A DNA stretch of 64,000 nt from Clostridia bacterium. GTDB taxonomy: Bacteria > Bacillota > Clostridia > Christensenellales > UBA1242. Of this stretch, positions 17,579-26,071 are shown one piece after another. The position numbers and the translations under genes were made by a program. A model generated the notes under the pieces. The model was not told the origin of the DNA, did no database searches, and saw only the letters and a program-made list of their open reading frames with translations. Within the stretch, counting starts at the first letter, position 1, and every line of letters begins with the position of its first letter. The stretch is from contig JAZSRL010000008.1 of the NCBI GenBank assembly GCA_045538455.1, positions 9,162-73,161 of the forward strand. The letters run 5' to 3'.

Positions 17579-18517
17579 CTACTTAAACTTTCGCCAGCAC
17601 TTTTCTTTTAAGAATAATTTAATTGTGCTAACATCTTCATCTTCGTAATATTCTACTAAAAGTTTTTTGAATTCGGGGACTTCTTTCTCCGGAATAACAA
17701 TTAAACCTTCACCTTGTGCAATCATAAAGTGGTTTGTAAATATTATTGAAGCCCTTTTATTGCCGTCATTAAAAATTTGCGTTTTCATACAATACAAGCA
17801 CAATTCAATTGCTTTATCAATATTTGAAAGATTGCTTGAAATGATATTGATTATTTTTTCTTTAACATCAATTTCGTTTGGGATTGGTGGAACATAACTT
17901 GAACCACCGATTGCAACCGGTACACCTCTAACTCTACCGCCTTCTTCGTAGAAACCTTCATTAACAAGTTTAGCAATATACGAAAGAATATAAAAGTCTG
18001 TTTGTGCTTGAATCACATCTTTATCCAAAATGAACTCCCAAGCATGTTTAAGATTAAGAATTTTTTGAACATCGCTTGGTCGCATACCCGTAACCTTACC
18101 ATTGTCAATAATAGTTTCCGTTTGCGGGAAAGTCGTTGCAACGCCCTCTAACATTGCTTGGTCATAAATATTGGCTTTCATATTGGCTCTAGCAAAGTCT
18201 AAATTTAATTCAACTTCAGGAGAAAGATTATTTGAGACATAATTAAGTAGAGCAAGTTCTTTTTCAATTTGTCTAATTGATTTTTGCAATTCTCTTGCTT
18301 CTTTTGAGTATCTTAAAAGTGTTTGATATAACTCGTCCGAAAACTTATCCACATATTGAGATGTTAACCTACCAAGTTCTCTTTTACGAATATACAAATA
18401 TTTACCACTTTTATTTTCTTTAATTTCAGGAGTGCCTGTATAAGGGATTAAACTTAATCTTGTTTGTAAATCGGCTTTTTTTCTCAATAGTTCTTGAATA
18501 TTATTGAAATTACTCAT
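17579..18517 (-). CDS. Fic/Doc-family-like protein with a degenerate active-site motif
   Basis: The C-terminal region has QIFNDGNKRAS where Fic/Doc proteins have HxFx(D/E)(G/A)N(G/K)R. The catalytic His position is Gln. Confidence 0.55.
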   Translation of the reverse strand: MSNFNNIQELLRKKADLQTRLSLIPYTGTPEIKENKSGKYLYIRKRELGRLTSQYVDKFSDELYQTLLRYSKEARELQKSIRQIEKELALLNYVSNNLSPEVELNLDFARANMKANIYDQAMLEGVATTFPQTETIIDNGKVTGMRPSDVQKILNLKHAWEFILDKDVIQAQTDFYILSYIAKLVNEGFYEEGGRVRGVPVAIGGSSYVPPIPNEIDVKEKIINIISSNLSNIDKAIELCLYCMKTQIFNDGNKRASIIFTNHFMIAQGEGLIVIPEKEVPEFKKLLVEYYEDEDVSTIKLFLKEKCWRKFK

Positions 18518-18767
18518 TTTAACGCTCCTTTTTTTAGGGAATATTTTTATATATAAATATATATAATTGTTCCCTGAAAGTCAATATTTTACTGTCATCA
18601 ATTTTCTAGTAAACATATCAAAAACTCGAACTTAAAAATTTCAGGCTCACCAAAAACATTTCAGCGATACACAGGTGAATAACAATTAAACAAACAAAAC
18701 CCGCTAAACAGTTTAATTTTTATTCACAAAAATATTCAAAACTGAACTATTGTTTAATTTCTAAAAT

Positions 18768-18848
18768 CACTCCAAAATAGTCTTGGGTGTAAAAAATATT
18801 ATTCAACAAACTGCAGTAGTTCTTATTATTTACTTTTGGTGGGAAGAC
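18768..18848 (+). repeat. Junction repeat copy C (full-length copy of the tRNA-Ser(UGA) 3' end and flank)
   Basis: CCAAAATAGTCTTGGGTGTAAAA..TTATTCAACAAACTG...TAGTTC.TATTATTT.CTTTTGG.GG aligns with 22185-22263. By eye I count about nine substitutions and one 1-nt indel. Confidence 0.85.
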
Positions 18849-18910
18849 CGCTATCCAATCCTAACACTAAAATCTACATTGGTGCTAGGTGGATTAAACT
18901 ATTTGTTTAT

Positions 18911-21244
18911 TTATAAATATCTATCTATTAAAGAAAGCTGAAATTCATTTAAATTTTCAATGTTTTTATTAAAAACAATTTCTTGTTCATCAATTTTATC
19001 AATACATTTTATTAACCATTCAATGTCTTCAAAACTAAACCCATATTTTAATAGCCATATTTCTGTTTCGTCATCGGTTCCATATTTTACATAATTAGAC
19101 ATTGTTAAAGCCAATTCATTATTTGTTCTTAGATAATATTGATAGAAACAAGCATAAAACACATCGCTTAGTTTAAAATTAATTAACTTATCTAAAAAAT
19201 CATAAGTATCATATACAACTCTATCGTAGTCTATCATGGTTGCAAGACTTCTTCCAAATAAACTATATCGTTTAAGTTTTTTATTAGGTAAATCATTGTA
19301 TCCTGTAAAATACTCTGCTTGTAGATAACTTAAATTTTTTTCGTAAATTTTTTTTACTAAAGAATCTTTTTCAACCTTAATTTTTTTTATCAATTCATTT
19401 TTTTGTTTTTTTCTTGTCACTTGTGCATATCTAATATTGCAAATAGTTTTAAAGGTGCGATTATTAATTTGCCACAAAATAATTCTGATTGCTGATTTTA
19501 GAACATCATTTTCTGCAGGCTCTAATTTTCTATTAAGATAATGTTCATATAATTTTGTAAATCCATCATAAATCAAAGGTTGGGTTCTAGTGTCGTTATT
19601 AATATTTTCGTCAGGAATTATTTTATTTTCTATAAAAACATTTGACAAAATATTTTCTATAACATGATTTAGTTTGTCTTCATTTAATCTTGAAACTTCT
19701 TGATTTGTTAAGTTATATTCGTCAGAAAAAGTTCCTTCTTTAATGGCTTTTTTGAAATCTCTATAGTCGTCATTTAAAACATCTTTATCTAAGTTAGACA
19801 CATTATCGAGATTATTAGTTCCCAATAATACATTTCTTAATTGACTCATGTTGTTGTTTTTAACTATTACATATCCAAAATCAAATTTGTTAACTGCGGT
19901 AGAACGACCAGCCCGTCCAATTAAATTTTTAATTGCTAAGGGCTCGCTTTCTTGAAATGTATTTATATAAACTATATCAAAAGGCATGTTTATGCCTTGC
20001 TCTAGTGTTGATGTTGCAAAACATATTTTACAATAATTTAGATTTGTGAATTTTTCTAACAATTGACGAACCCTTAACGGCATTGAACCATGATGAACAA
20101 CAATACCACGATACAACATTTCAATCATTAAAGAATTATACTCATCATTTTCTTTGTTTGTTGCTCCTATATACTTTTTAATTTCTTCTATAATATTTTT
20201 TGCATTGTCATCGTCAAGCTCATTACATAATTTTATATATTTTGCAAATTCTGTGAAAACATCTTTGTTATAAATACTAGACTTTGTTGTATAAACAAGA
20301 ATCGAACCACCATTTTTTATAACATCGAAAATGATATCTTTAGAACAAGGAGTTTTTATGCCTCCCATAATTTCTTTATTAATACCAAAATAATAAAAGG
20401 AGTTTTCGACATGTGATACAAAAATTTGTCCAACGTTTCTTTGTTCGTATTTAACGGCATCATAAGATTCTTTTATTAAATTATTTTTTTCTAATTGCGC
20501 TATTGGATTATTTATAAATGGATGGGCAAAAATAATTTTTGTGTTTGGAAAATTTGAGTTTATTCGTCTCACAATACTATCAAAATAAATACCTCTTTGC
20601 GATTCTTCGTTTCCTATTTGAGCTTCATCAAATAGAACTAACTCTATGTTAAAATTGTCTTTTTGTTTAAATAAATCTTTACATCTTTCAGGCGTGACAA
20701 TAAAGATTGAACGGGTTGCTTTTTTAATATTAATTTTTTCTATAAAAGTGAGAATGTTTATTGATTTATCAGTAATCATATTACAAATTTTTTCATAATA
20801 CTCATTTATTAATGCTCTAGATGGAACAATAACTACTACATCATTGGTTGCATTGGTTAACAAATATCTAAATGTAAAAGATTTTCCAGTACTAGTTGGT
20901 GCTGAAAAACTAAAAATTTGATTGTTTTTTATTTTTTCAATAATGTCTGCCTGAAGTGGTGTGTAATTATCACCTAATTGTTGAAATATATGTGTATTAT
21001 ATAAATCAAATATTTTTGCTTTTAAAGATTTGTATTTTGGTTTTTTATAAAATATACCCATTATTTCAATTATATCTTGTTCTATTTCATTAAACTTTTC
21101 TGCTTGAAACAATTTTAAATAAGATATTATTTCCATTAAAGTGTTATCTGTTGGCCCATTTTCATATAATTGGTTAATAGTGTAATTTATAATATTATCA
21201 ACATCTTCATTATTTATTATTTTTTTAATTATTTCAGTCATCAT
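18911..21244 (-). CDS. hamB: Hachiman HamB-like SF2 (DExH-type) helicase
   Basis: 777 aa with SAPTSTGKSF (Walker A), VLFDEAQ (motif II) and IGRAGRS (motif VI). There is a 4-nt ATGA overlap with the upstream DUF1837-like gene. Confidence 0.75.
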   Translation of the reverse strand: MMTEIIKKIINNEDVDNIINYTINQLYENGPTDNTLMEIISYLKLFQAEKFNEIEQDIIEIMGIFYKKPKYKSLKAKIFDLYNTHIFQQLGDNYTPLQADIIEKIKNNQIFSFSAPTSTGKSFTFRYLLTNATNDVVVIVPSRALINEYYEKICNMITDKSINILTFIEKINIKKATRSIFIVTPERCKDLFKQKDNFNIELVLFDEAQIGNEESQRGIYFDSIVRRINSNFPNTKIIFAHPFINNPIAQLEKNNLIKESYDAVKYEQRNVGQIFVSHVENSFYYFGINKEIMGGIKTPCSKDIIFDVIKNGGSILVYTTKSSIYNKDVFTEFAKYIKLCNELDDDNAKNIIEEIKKYIGATNKENDEYNSLMIEMLYRGIVVHHGSMPLRVRQLLEKFTNLNYCKICFATSTLEQGINMPFDIVYINTFQESEPLAIKNLIGRAGRSTAVNKFDFGYVIVKNNNMSQLRNVLLGTNNLDNVSNLDKDVLNDDYRDFKKAIKEGTFSDEYNLTNQEVSRLNEDKLNHVIENILSNVFIENKIIPDENINNDTRTQPLIYDGFTKLYEHYLNRKLEPAENDVLKSAIRIILWQINNRTFKTICNIRYAQVTRKKQKNELIKKIKVEKDSLVKKIYEKNLSYLQAEYFTGYNDLPNKKLKRYSLFGRSLATMIDYDRVVYDTYDFLDKLINFKLSDVFYACFYQYYLRTNNELALTMSNYVKYGTDDETEIWLLKYGFSFEDIEWLIKCIDKIDEQEIVFNKNIENLNEFQLSLIDRYL

Positions 21245-21927
21245 ATGTTTACCGCCACAATTAAAAGTTCTTCATATTGTAATAAACTTATGAAGTTCTG
21301 ATTTCTTTTTATGTTTTTTACCAATTCTTCTGTGGGGATTTGTTTTGCAGCAAAACCTATAGCAAATCCCTTTTCGCCAAGAGTTGCTTTGTTTAAGCTT
21401 GTTTCATCGCAAAATTCATCAATTAATTTTAAATCTGCAATATCTTTTTCTTTGTTAATAAAATCTACTACTTGAGATAATGCTCTACCATAAGAATTTT
21501 GCAAGGACGAGTATTTAGCTTCTCCGAATATTATAGTATTTAAATCATTTACTGTAAAAAAATCAAATCCTGGATTGCCTGAAATTTTTCTTCCTAACAA
21601 TTCCGCAAGAGGGATATCTAAATAGTTTAGATTATTAATTATGCTTTTACGCGATATCTCAGACACCACATACTCTCCCGTATCTTCAGTAAGAGGGTCA
21701 TTTAGATTATCACGTAATTGTTTTGATAGTTTGTCTGCTGTTGGTTTTGCTCTTGCTAAAAAACTTTGTTTAGTGTAAATTTTATCAAAATTATTTATCC
21801 ATGACATATCATTTAATGTTTGAATTATATTTAGAATTGTATTATTTAAATCATCAATTTCAACTCTAATGAATGTCACCCTTATACATTCATCTACTTC
21901 GATTGGGAAATTTTCAATTATTTTCAT
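21241..21927 (-). CDS. hamA: Hachiman HamA-like (DUF1837-type) putative PD-(D/E)xK nuclease
   Basis: 228 aa with GFDFF...IIFGEAKYSS (a D...ExK pattern). Its size and its position immediately upstream of the helicase match the Hachiman architecture. Confidence 0.65.
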   Translation of the reverse strand: MKIIENFPIEVDECIRVTFIRVEIDDLNNTILNIIQTLNDMSWINNFDKIYTKQSFLARAKPTADKLSKQLRDNLNDPLTEDTGEYVVSEISRKSIINNLNYLDIPLAELLGRKISGNPGFDFFTVNDLNTIIFGEAKYSSLQNSYGRALSQVVDFINKEKDIADLKLIDEFCDETSLNKATLGEKGFAIGFAAKQIPTEELVKNIKRNQNFISLLQYEELLIVAVNI

Positions 21928-22184
21928 TTGTACCTCTGTAATGATTATATCATATTTTTTTTAAAAAATTTCTATCTTATGACAAAAAAAGAAAAACTAT
22001 TTTCATGTTTTTCTCAAAGTTGATTTTATTGATTGGTTTGCAAATCTCTATAGACTACGTTTGCGGATAGGCTTAAAAAAATTGCCATTAATCTTACCAA
22101 ACTTTTTAAGTCGGTAAAAAAATATATCTAAATCCTATTTGGCTTATTTGCCTTACTTTTTAAACAACTAAACGATAGTACAAC

Positions 22185-22263
22185 CACCCCAAAATAGTCT
22201 TGGGTGTAAAAGACGTTATTCAACAAACTGTCATAGTTCGTATTATTTGCTTTTGGCGGAAGG
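22185..22263 (+). repeat. Junction repeat copy D (native tRNA-Ser(UGA) 3' end plus downstream flank)
   Basis: Reference copy. It overlaps the last ~10 nt of the tRNA. Confidence 0.85.
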
Positions 22264-22341
22264 AGAGAGATTCGAACTCCCGGACCCTCGCAGGTCGCCT
22301 GTTTTCAAGACAGGTGCATTAGACCACTCTGCCATCCTTCC
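22254..22341 (-). tRNA. tRNA-Ser (anticodon UGA)
   Basis: The reverse complement GGAAGGATGGCAGAGTGGTC...CCTGTCTTGAAAACAGG...GGGAGTTCGAATCTCTCTCCTTCCGCCA folds as a cloverleaf with a long variable arm. CCA is encoded. Confidence 0.92.
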
Positions 22342-22409
22342 AACAATTTATTATAAATCATTCACAAATATTTTACAAGTACAAAATATCATAGTAAACT
22401 ATCCTGTTT

Positions 22410-22497
22410 GGAAGAGTCGCATAGTGGTCGAGTGCGCTCGCTTGGAAAGCGAGTTTGGTGCAAGCCAACGCAGGTTCAAATCCTGTCTCTTCCGCCA
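22410..22497 (+). tRNA. tRNA-Ser (anticodon GGA)
   Basis: GGAAGAGTCGCATAGTGGTCGAG...CTCGCTTGGAAAGCGAG...GCAGGTTCAAATCCTGTCTCTTCCGCCA, with a long variable arm and encoded CCA. Confidence 0.92.
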
Positions 22498-22542
22498 TAC
22501 CATTTATATGGTACAAAAAAAACACACAACACGAGGAGTAAA

Positions 22543-23415
22543 ATGAAGCAAGTAGCAATTGTAACAGATTCTAGTTCTGGTATTTCACAAGCCGAAGCAA
22601 AAGAGCTTGGCGTTGTCGTCATTCCAATTCCTTTTATGATTGATGGTAAAGAATATTTAGAAGATAAAACCATCAAAGCTGATCAGTTCTTTGAGATGAT
22701 TGCAAAAACGGATAATGTTAGCACTTCTCAACCGTCTCGTTTCACATTAGAAGAAACATGGAATAAGTTACTAGAAGATTATGAAAACATTATTTATATT
22801 CCAATTACCAGTGGGTTAAGTGGATCCTGTCAAAACGCGATTGAATACGCGAAGCAATATAATGGACGCGTATTTGTTGTTGATAATTTGCGCATTTCTG
22901 TGGCTTTGAAAACCTGTATTTATGAAGCCTTAAAAATGATCGAACAAGGAATTGCTACCACAGACATTGTTCAATATTTAAACGAAACTAAAAACAAGTT
23001 CTCAATTTATTTAACCTTAAATACCTTAAAATACCTACGCAAAGGCGGCCGTATTACACCTGCTGCAGCAATTATTGGTGATATGTTGAAATTAAAACCT
23101 ATTCTTTGCAGTCGTGGTCAAAACTTTGATAAGAAAGCTATTGCATTAACAATGCCACAAGCAAAGAAGAAAATGATTGCCGAAATTAGAAAAGAATTCG
23201 AAACTGAATTTAAAGAAGAATATGAACAAGGTAAAATGACTTTGTCAATTGCATATACAACTTTATCCAACGATGAAATCGAAAAATTCAAAGAGGAAGT
23301 TGCTACCGCATTTCCGAAAGTTAAAATTATGTTCACTGACCCACTTTGCTTAGCTATTGGTTGTCACACTGGTCCTGGCGCTTTAGGCTTCTGTGCTTCC
23401 GTTTGTAGTTATTAA
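22543..23415 (+). CDS. DegV family fatty-acid-binding protein
   Basis: MKQVAIVTDSSSGIS start, with a GGAG RBS before the ATG at 22543. The ORF-track start at 22408 lies inside the tRNA gene and is rejected. Confidence 0.85.
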   Translation: MKQVAIVTDSSSGISQAEAKELGVVVIPIPFMIDGKEYLEDKTIKADQFFEMIAKTDNVSTSQPSRFTLEETWNKLLEDYENIIYIPITSGLSGSCQNAIEYAKQYNGRVFVVDNLRISVALKTCIYEALKMIEQGIATTDIVQYLNETKNKFSIYLTLNTLKYLRKGGRITPAAAIIGDMLKLKPILCSRGQNFDKKAIALTMPQAKKKMIAEIRKEFETEFKEEYEQGKMTLSIAYTTLSNDEIEKFKEEVATAFPKVKIMFTDPLCLAIGCHTGPGALGFCASVCSY

Positions 23416-23423
23416 TCAAAAAG

Positions 23424-23449
23424 AAAAAGTCGGATAATCCGACTTTTTT
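23424..23449. terminator. Bidirectional rho-independent terminator
   Basis: AAAAAGTCGG-ATAAT-CCGACTTTTTT, between convergent genes. Confidence 0.8.
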
Positions 23450-23464
23450 AATTTATAAGAATAC

Positions 23465-23764
23465 TTAATTTTTATCTTTATTAAATAAAGATGCTATCCT
23501 TTCAATGTCTTCCGGAATTACACATTCACTGACCGTCAAATTATCTTTATCTTTCAGCAAATGAAAAAAACGCAATTTCATATGATTTTCTTGTTGCTGC
23601 AATACTTCCCCTGTTTCCATGTCAATTTTGGGACCATGGCCAAAAGTACGAACATAGCGTTCATTTTCATTTATATAGACCACATCGTCTATAATTTGTT
23701 TGCCGCCACCCGCTTCGCCCAAATCAATACATTTATATTTTTTCTTATTCTCAGTTGTATCCAT
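23465..23764 (-). CDS. Hypothetical protein (99 aa)
   Basis: ORF 13 nt downstream of the 322-aa ORF, so probably co-transcribed. No recognisable motif. Confidence 0.45.
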   Translation of the reverse strand: MDTTENKKKYKCIDLGEAGGGKQIIDDVVYINENERYVRTFGHGPKIDMETGEVLQQQENHMKLRFFHLLKDKDNLTVSECVIPEDIERIASLFNKDKN

Positions 23765-23776
23765 TTTTACTCCTTT

Positions 23777-24745
23777 TTATCGATTGACAGTATTTTCAGC
23801 CCTTTTATTTATGGTTCTTTCTCTTTGCATATAAATTAACTTTTCCACAAATTCTTCTGCCGTTTTATTTAATGTTGGATAATTTACTGGAAAGGTTGGA
23901 TTATTCTTTTCTGCCAAAATTTCAGATCTTGTTTTATTTCTAGCCTGATCTGGATACAATTTGCCTTTAATAAAATTATAAATTTCTCTAAAATTTTTAA
24001 GCTGCTTTCCTTCTGTAGTTAGTACTGTTTCTCCGAATTCTTTTATCACATCTGCTTGATATTTTTGATATTCATCTTCAGATATAGTGCTAATTGATGC
24101 TTCATCCCAACGATACCTGTAGCCATGCTCTTCGTCATAGAACATCTTATCTCTAAAAGACAAATCATATTTTTCATAATTGTCTTCCTTAATATCTTCA
24201 AAATTATTTTGAATAGCTTTTTTATCGATAAACTGCCAATCGGAAAGCTCTTCTGTTAATTGTTCAGAATATTTTGGAACATGAATAGTTTGTTTTATTG
24301 AATCCCACGAATATCCTTTTTCAGCTGCAAGTTGCATAAGTTTATATTGATCAGTTATAAGTTCTGGAACAAAATTATTTTCGACTCCATTTTCGAACTG
24401 ATAATCAGAAAGGGCCAAAATCATATTTTGTAATGCATATAAACACATAGAAAGTCTTTTTTTGTTTGTAGCCGAATGTTCTTTTTCACGAATAGTGTTA
24501 ATTTCTTTTTGTAGTTCGTACTCGACGCGTTCTAAAGCTGATGAATCCCTAGCTTTAGTCAAATAATCCAAAGCTTTTTTAAAAGAAGAAAATTCATGAA
24601 CAGTAACTACATCTTTACCTTCATTAAATTCTAAAAATGGAGCTTCGTGCTTATTCAGGCCACTCTTCATCATAAACACTGCAGCTTGCATGATTGTCCT
24701 TCTTCGACCAGTGATTCGCGAAACAGCTAATTGTTTTGCATCCAT
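23777..24745 (-). CDS. Hypothetical protein (~322 aa)
   Basis: Long clean ORF. The ATG at 24745 is preferred over the TTG at 24763. No recognisable motif. Confidence 0.5.
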   Translation of the reverse strand: MDAKQLAVSRITGRRRTIMQAAVFMMKSGLNKHEAPFLEFNEGKDVVTVHEFSSFKKALDYLTKARDSSALERVEYELQKEINTIREKEHSATNKKRLSMCLYALQNMILALSDYQFENGVENNFVPELITDQYKLMQLAAEKGYSWDSIKQTIHVPKYSEQLTEELSDWQFIDKKAIQNNFEDIKEDNYEKYDLSFRDKMFYDEEHGYRYRWDEASISTISEDEYQKYQADVIKEFGETVLTTEGKQLKNFREIYNFIKGKLYPDQARNKTRSEILAEKNNPTFPVNYPTLNKTAEEFVEKLIYMQRERTINKRAENTVNR

Positions 24746-24799
24746 AAAAAAAGTATACCACAAAAAGTGGTATACGCAATAAATTAATTAAATTTATTA

Positions 24800-26062
24800 T
24801 TATGGCTTCAAACGCGTTGGACCACGGAAGATAAAACAACTTTCTTTGACGGTTGGTAAATCCAACAGGCGTGCCATTAGGCGTGCTAAGCCAATCGCAA
24901 AGCCACCGTGTGATGGTGCACCATAACGGAAGAATTCTAAGTATTCTTGCATATGGTCTGGGTTAATACCTTTATCAATAATGTTTTGTTTTAATTGTTC
25001 GTATCGATGTTCGCGTTGTGCACCGCTGGTAATTTCTACGCCTTTATAAAGCAAATCAAATGAGCGGTCACCCATTGTATAAAACGCGCGCGCATTATGT
25101 GGATAATCAGTAATAAAAACAAAATCTGAATTGTACTTTTCTTTAACATATTCACTAATTAAGCGTTCGCCATCTGGGTCAATGTCACCATGTGCCGCTT
25201 TTGGCATTTCATAGTGTTTTTCATCTCGCAAAATTTGATAAACTTCTTGTAAAGTTAAGCGTGGGAACTTAACACTAGGTGCTTGAATTAAATCACCAAA
25301 TTCTTTGTTTAATTGAGTCAAAACATAGGTCAAAAGTGCCTCTTCAATATCCATTACATCATGGTGACTTTCGATATGAGAAATTTCCACATCCAATGCT
25401 GTAAATTCGGTTGCATGGCGCGAAGTAAAGCTGCTTTCGGCACGATAGCATTCGCCAATTTCAAATGTACGATCAAAACCCGCCATCATACTCATTTGCT
25501 TATAAAGTTGTGGACTTTGGGTTAAATAAGCCGGATTACCGAAGTAATTTTTAATTTCAAAAACTTCGCTACCACCTTCACTGGAAATCGCACTGATTTT
25601 AGGTGTATGAATATTGATAAACCCATGGTCAGCTAACCAGTTGACCATATGACGCTCTAGTGCAGTCTGCACTTTAAAAATCTGTGCTTTAGCTGGATCG
25701 CGTAAATCAAACCAACGATAATCCAAACGCAAATCTAAACCACTCTCTTTATCAATGGGCAATACTGCAGCAGCGACACTGTCGACCACCACACTGTCGG
25801 GAATAATCTCAATACCACCTAATTTAACATAATCATTTTTAACCGCAGTTCCAGTAATAGTTAAAACGCTTTCTACAGTTACACCATCAATAATTTGAGC
25901 TATTTCTGGTAATTTAGCTTTTTCTACCGTAACCTGCATCTTACCGCTAATGTCACGCAACACCAAAAATTGCATGGCACTCTTATTGCGCAGATTTTCT
26001 ACAAAGCCCGAAATTTTAACTTTGGATTCAGCTTTTACATCTTTAATTAATGTTCTTTTCAT
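24800..26062 (-). CDS. aspS: Aspartate--tRNA ligase, archaeal/compact type (possibly non-discriminating)
   Basis: 420 aa class IIb aaRS with an N-terminal OB fold, FRAE-like CYRAES (motif 2 region) and GGFAIGLARL (motif 3). Confidence 0.8.
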   Translation of the reverse strand: MKRTLIKDVKAESKVKISGFVENLRNKSAMQFLVLRDISGKMQVTVEKAKLPEIAQIIDGVTVESVLTITGTAVKNDYVKLGGIEIIPDSVVVDSVAAAVLPIDKESGLDLRLDYRWFDLRDPAKAQIFKVQTALERHMVNWLADHGFINIHTPKISAISSEGGSEVFEIKNYFGNPAYLTQSPQLYKQMSMMAGFDRTFEIGECYRAESSFTSRHATEFTALDVEISHIESHHDVMDIEEALLTYVLTQLNKEFGDLIQAPSVKFPRLTLQEVYQILRDEKHYEMPKAAHGDIDPDGERLISEYVKEKYNSDFVFITDYPHNARAFYTMGDRSFDLLYKGVEITSGAQREHRYEQLKQNIIDKGINPDHMQEYLEFFRYGAPSHGGFAIGLARLMARLLDLPTVKESCFIFRGPTRLKP

Positions 26063-26071
26063 TTGTACTCC

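Larger units (their letters stand above)
7441..22341. mobile_element. tRNA-Ser(UGA)-adjacent accessory region (mosaic cassette array / genomic island remnants)
   Basis: Visibly A+T-richer than the flanks. Same-orientation repeats of the tRNA 3' end and flank separate the gene units. The region contains defence genes, a serine invertase and a recombinase remnant. Confidence 0.6.

Noticed and set aside
22247-22558. ORFs 22247..22546 (+), 22373..22558 (-), and the N-terminal 45 codons of ORF 22408..23415.
   Set aside because: They overlap the two tRNA-Ser genes. The DegV coding region clearly starts at the RBS-preceded ATG at 22543.
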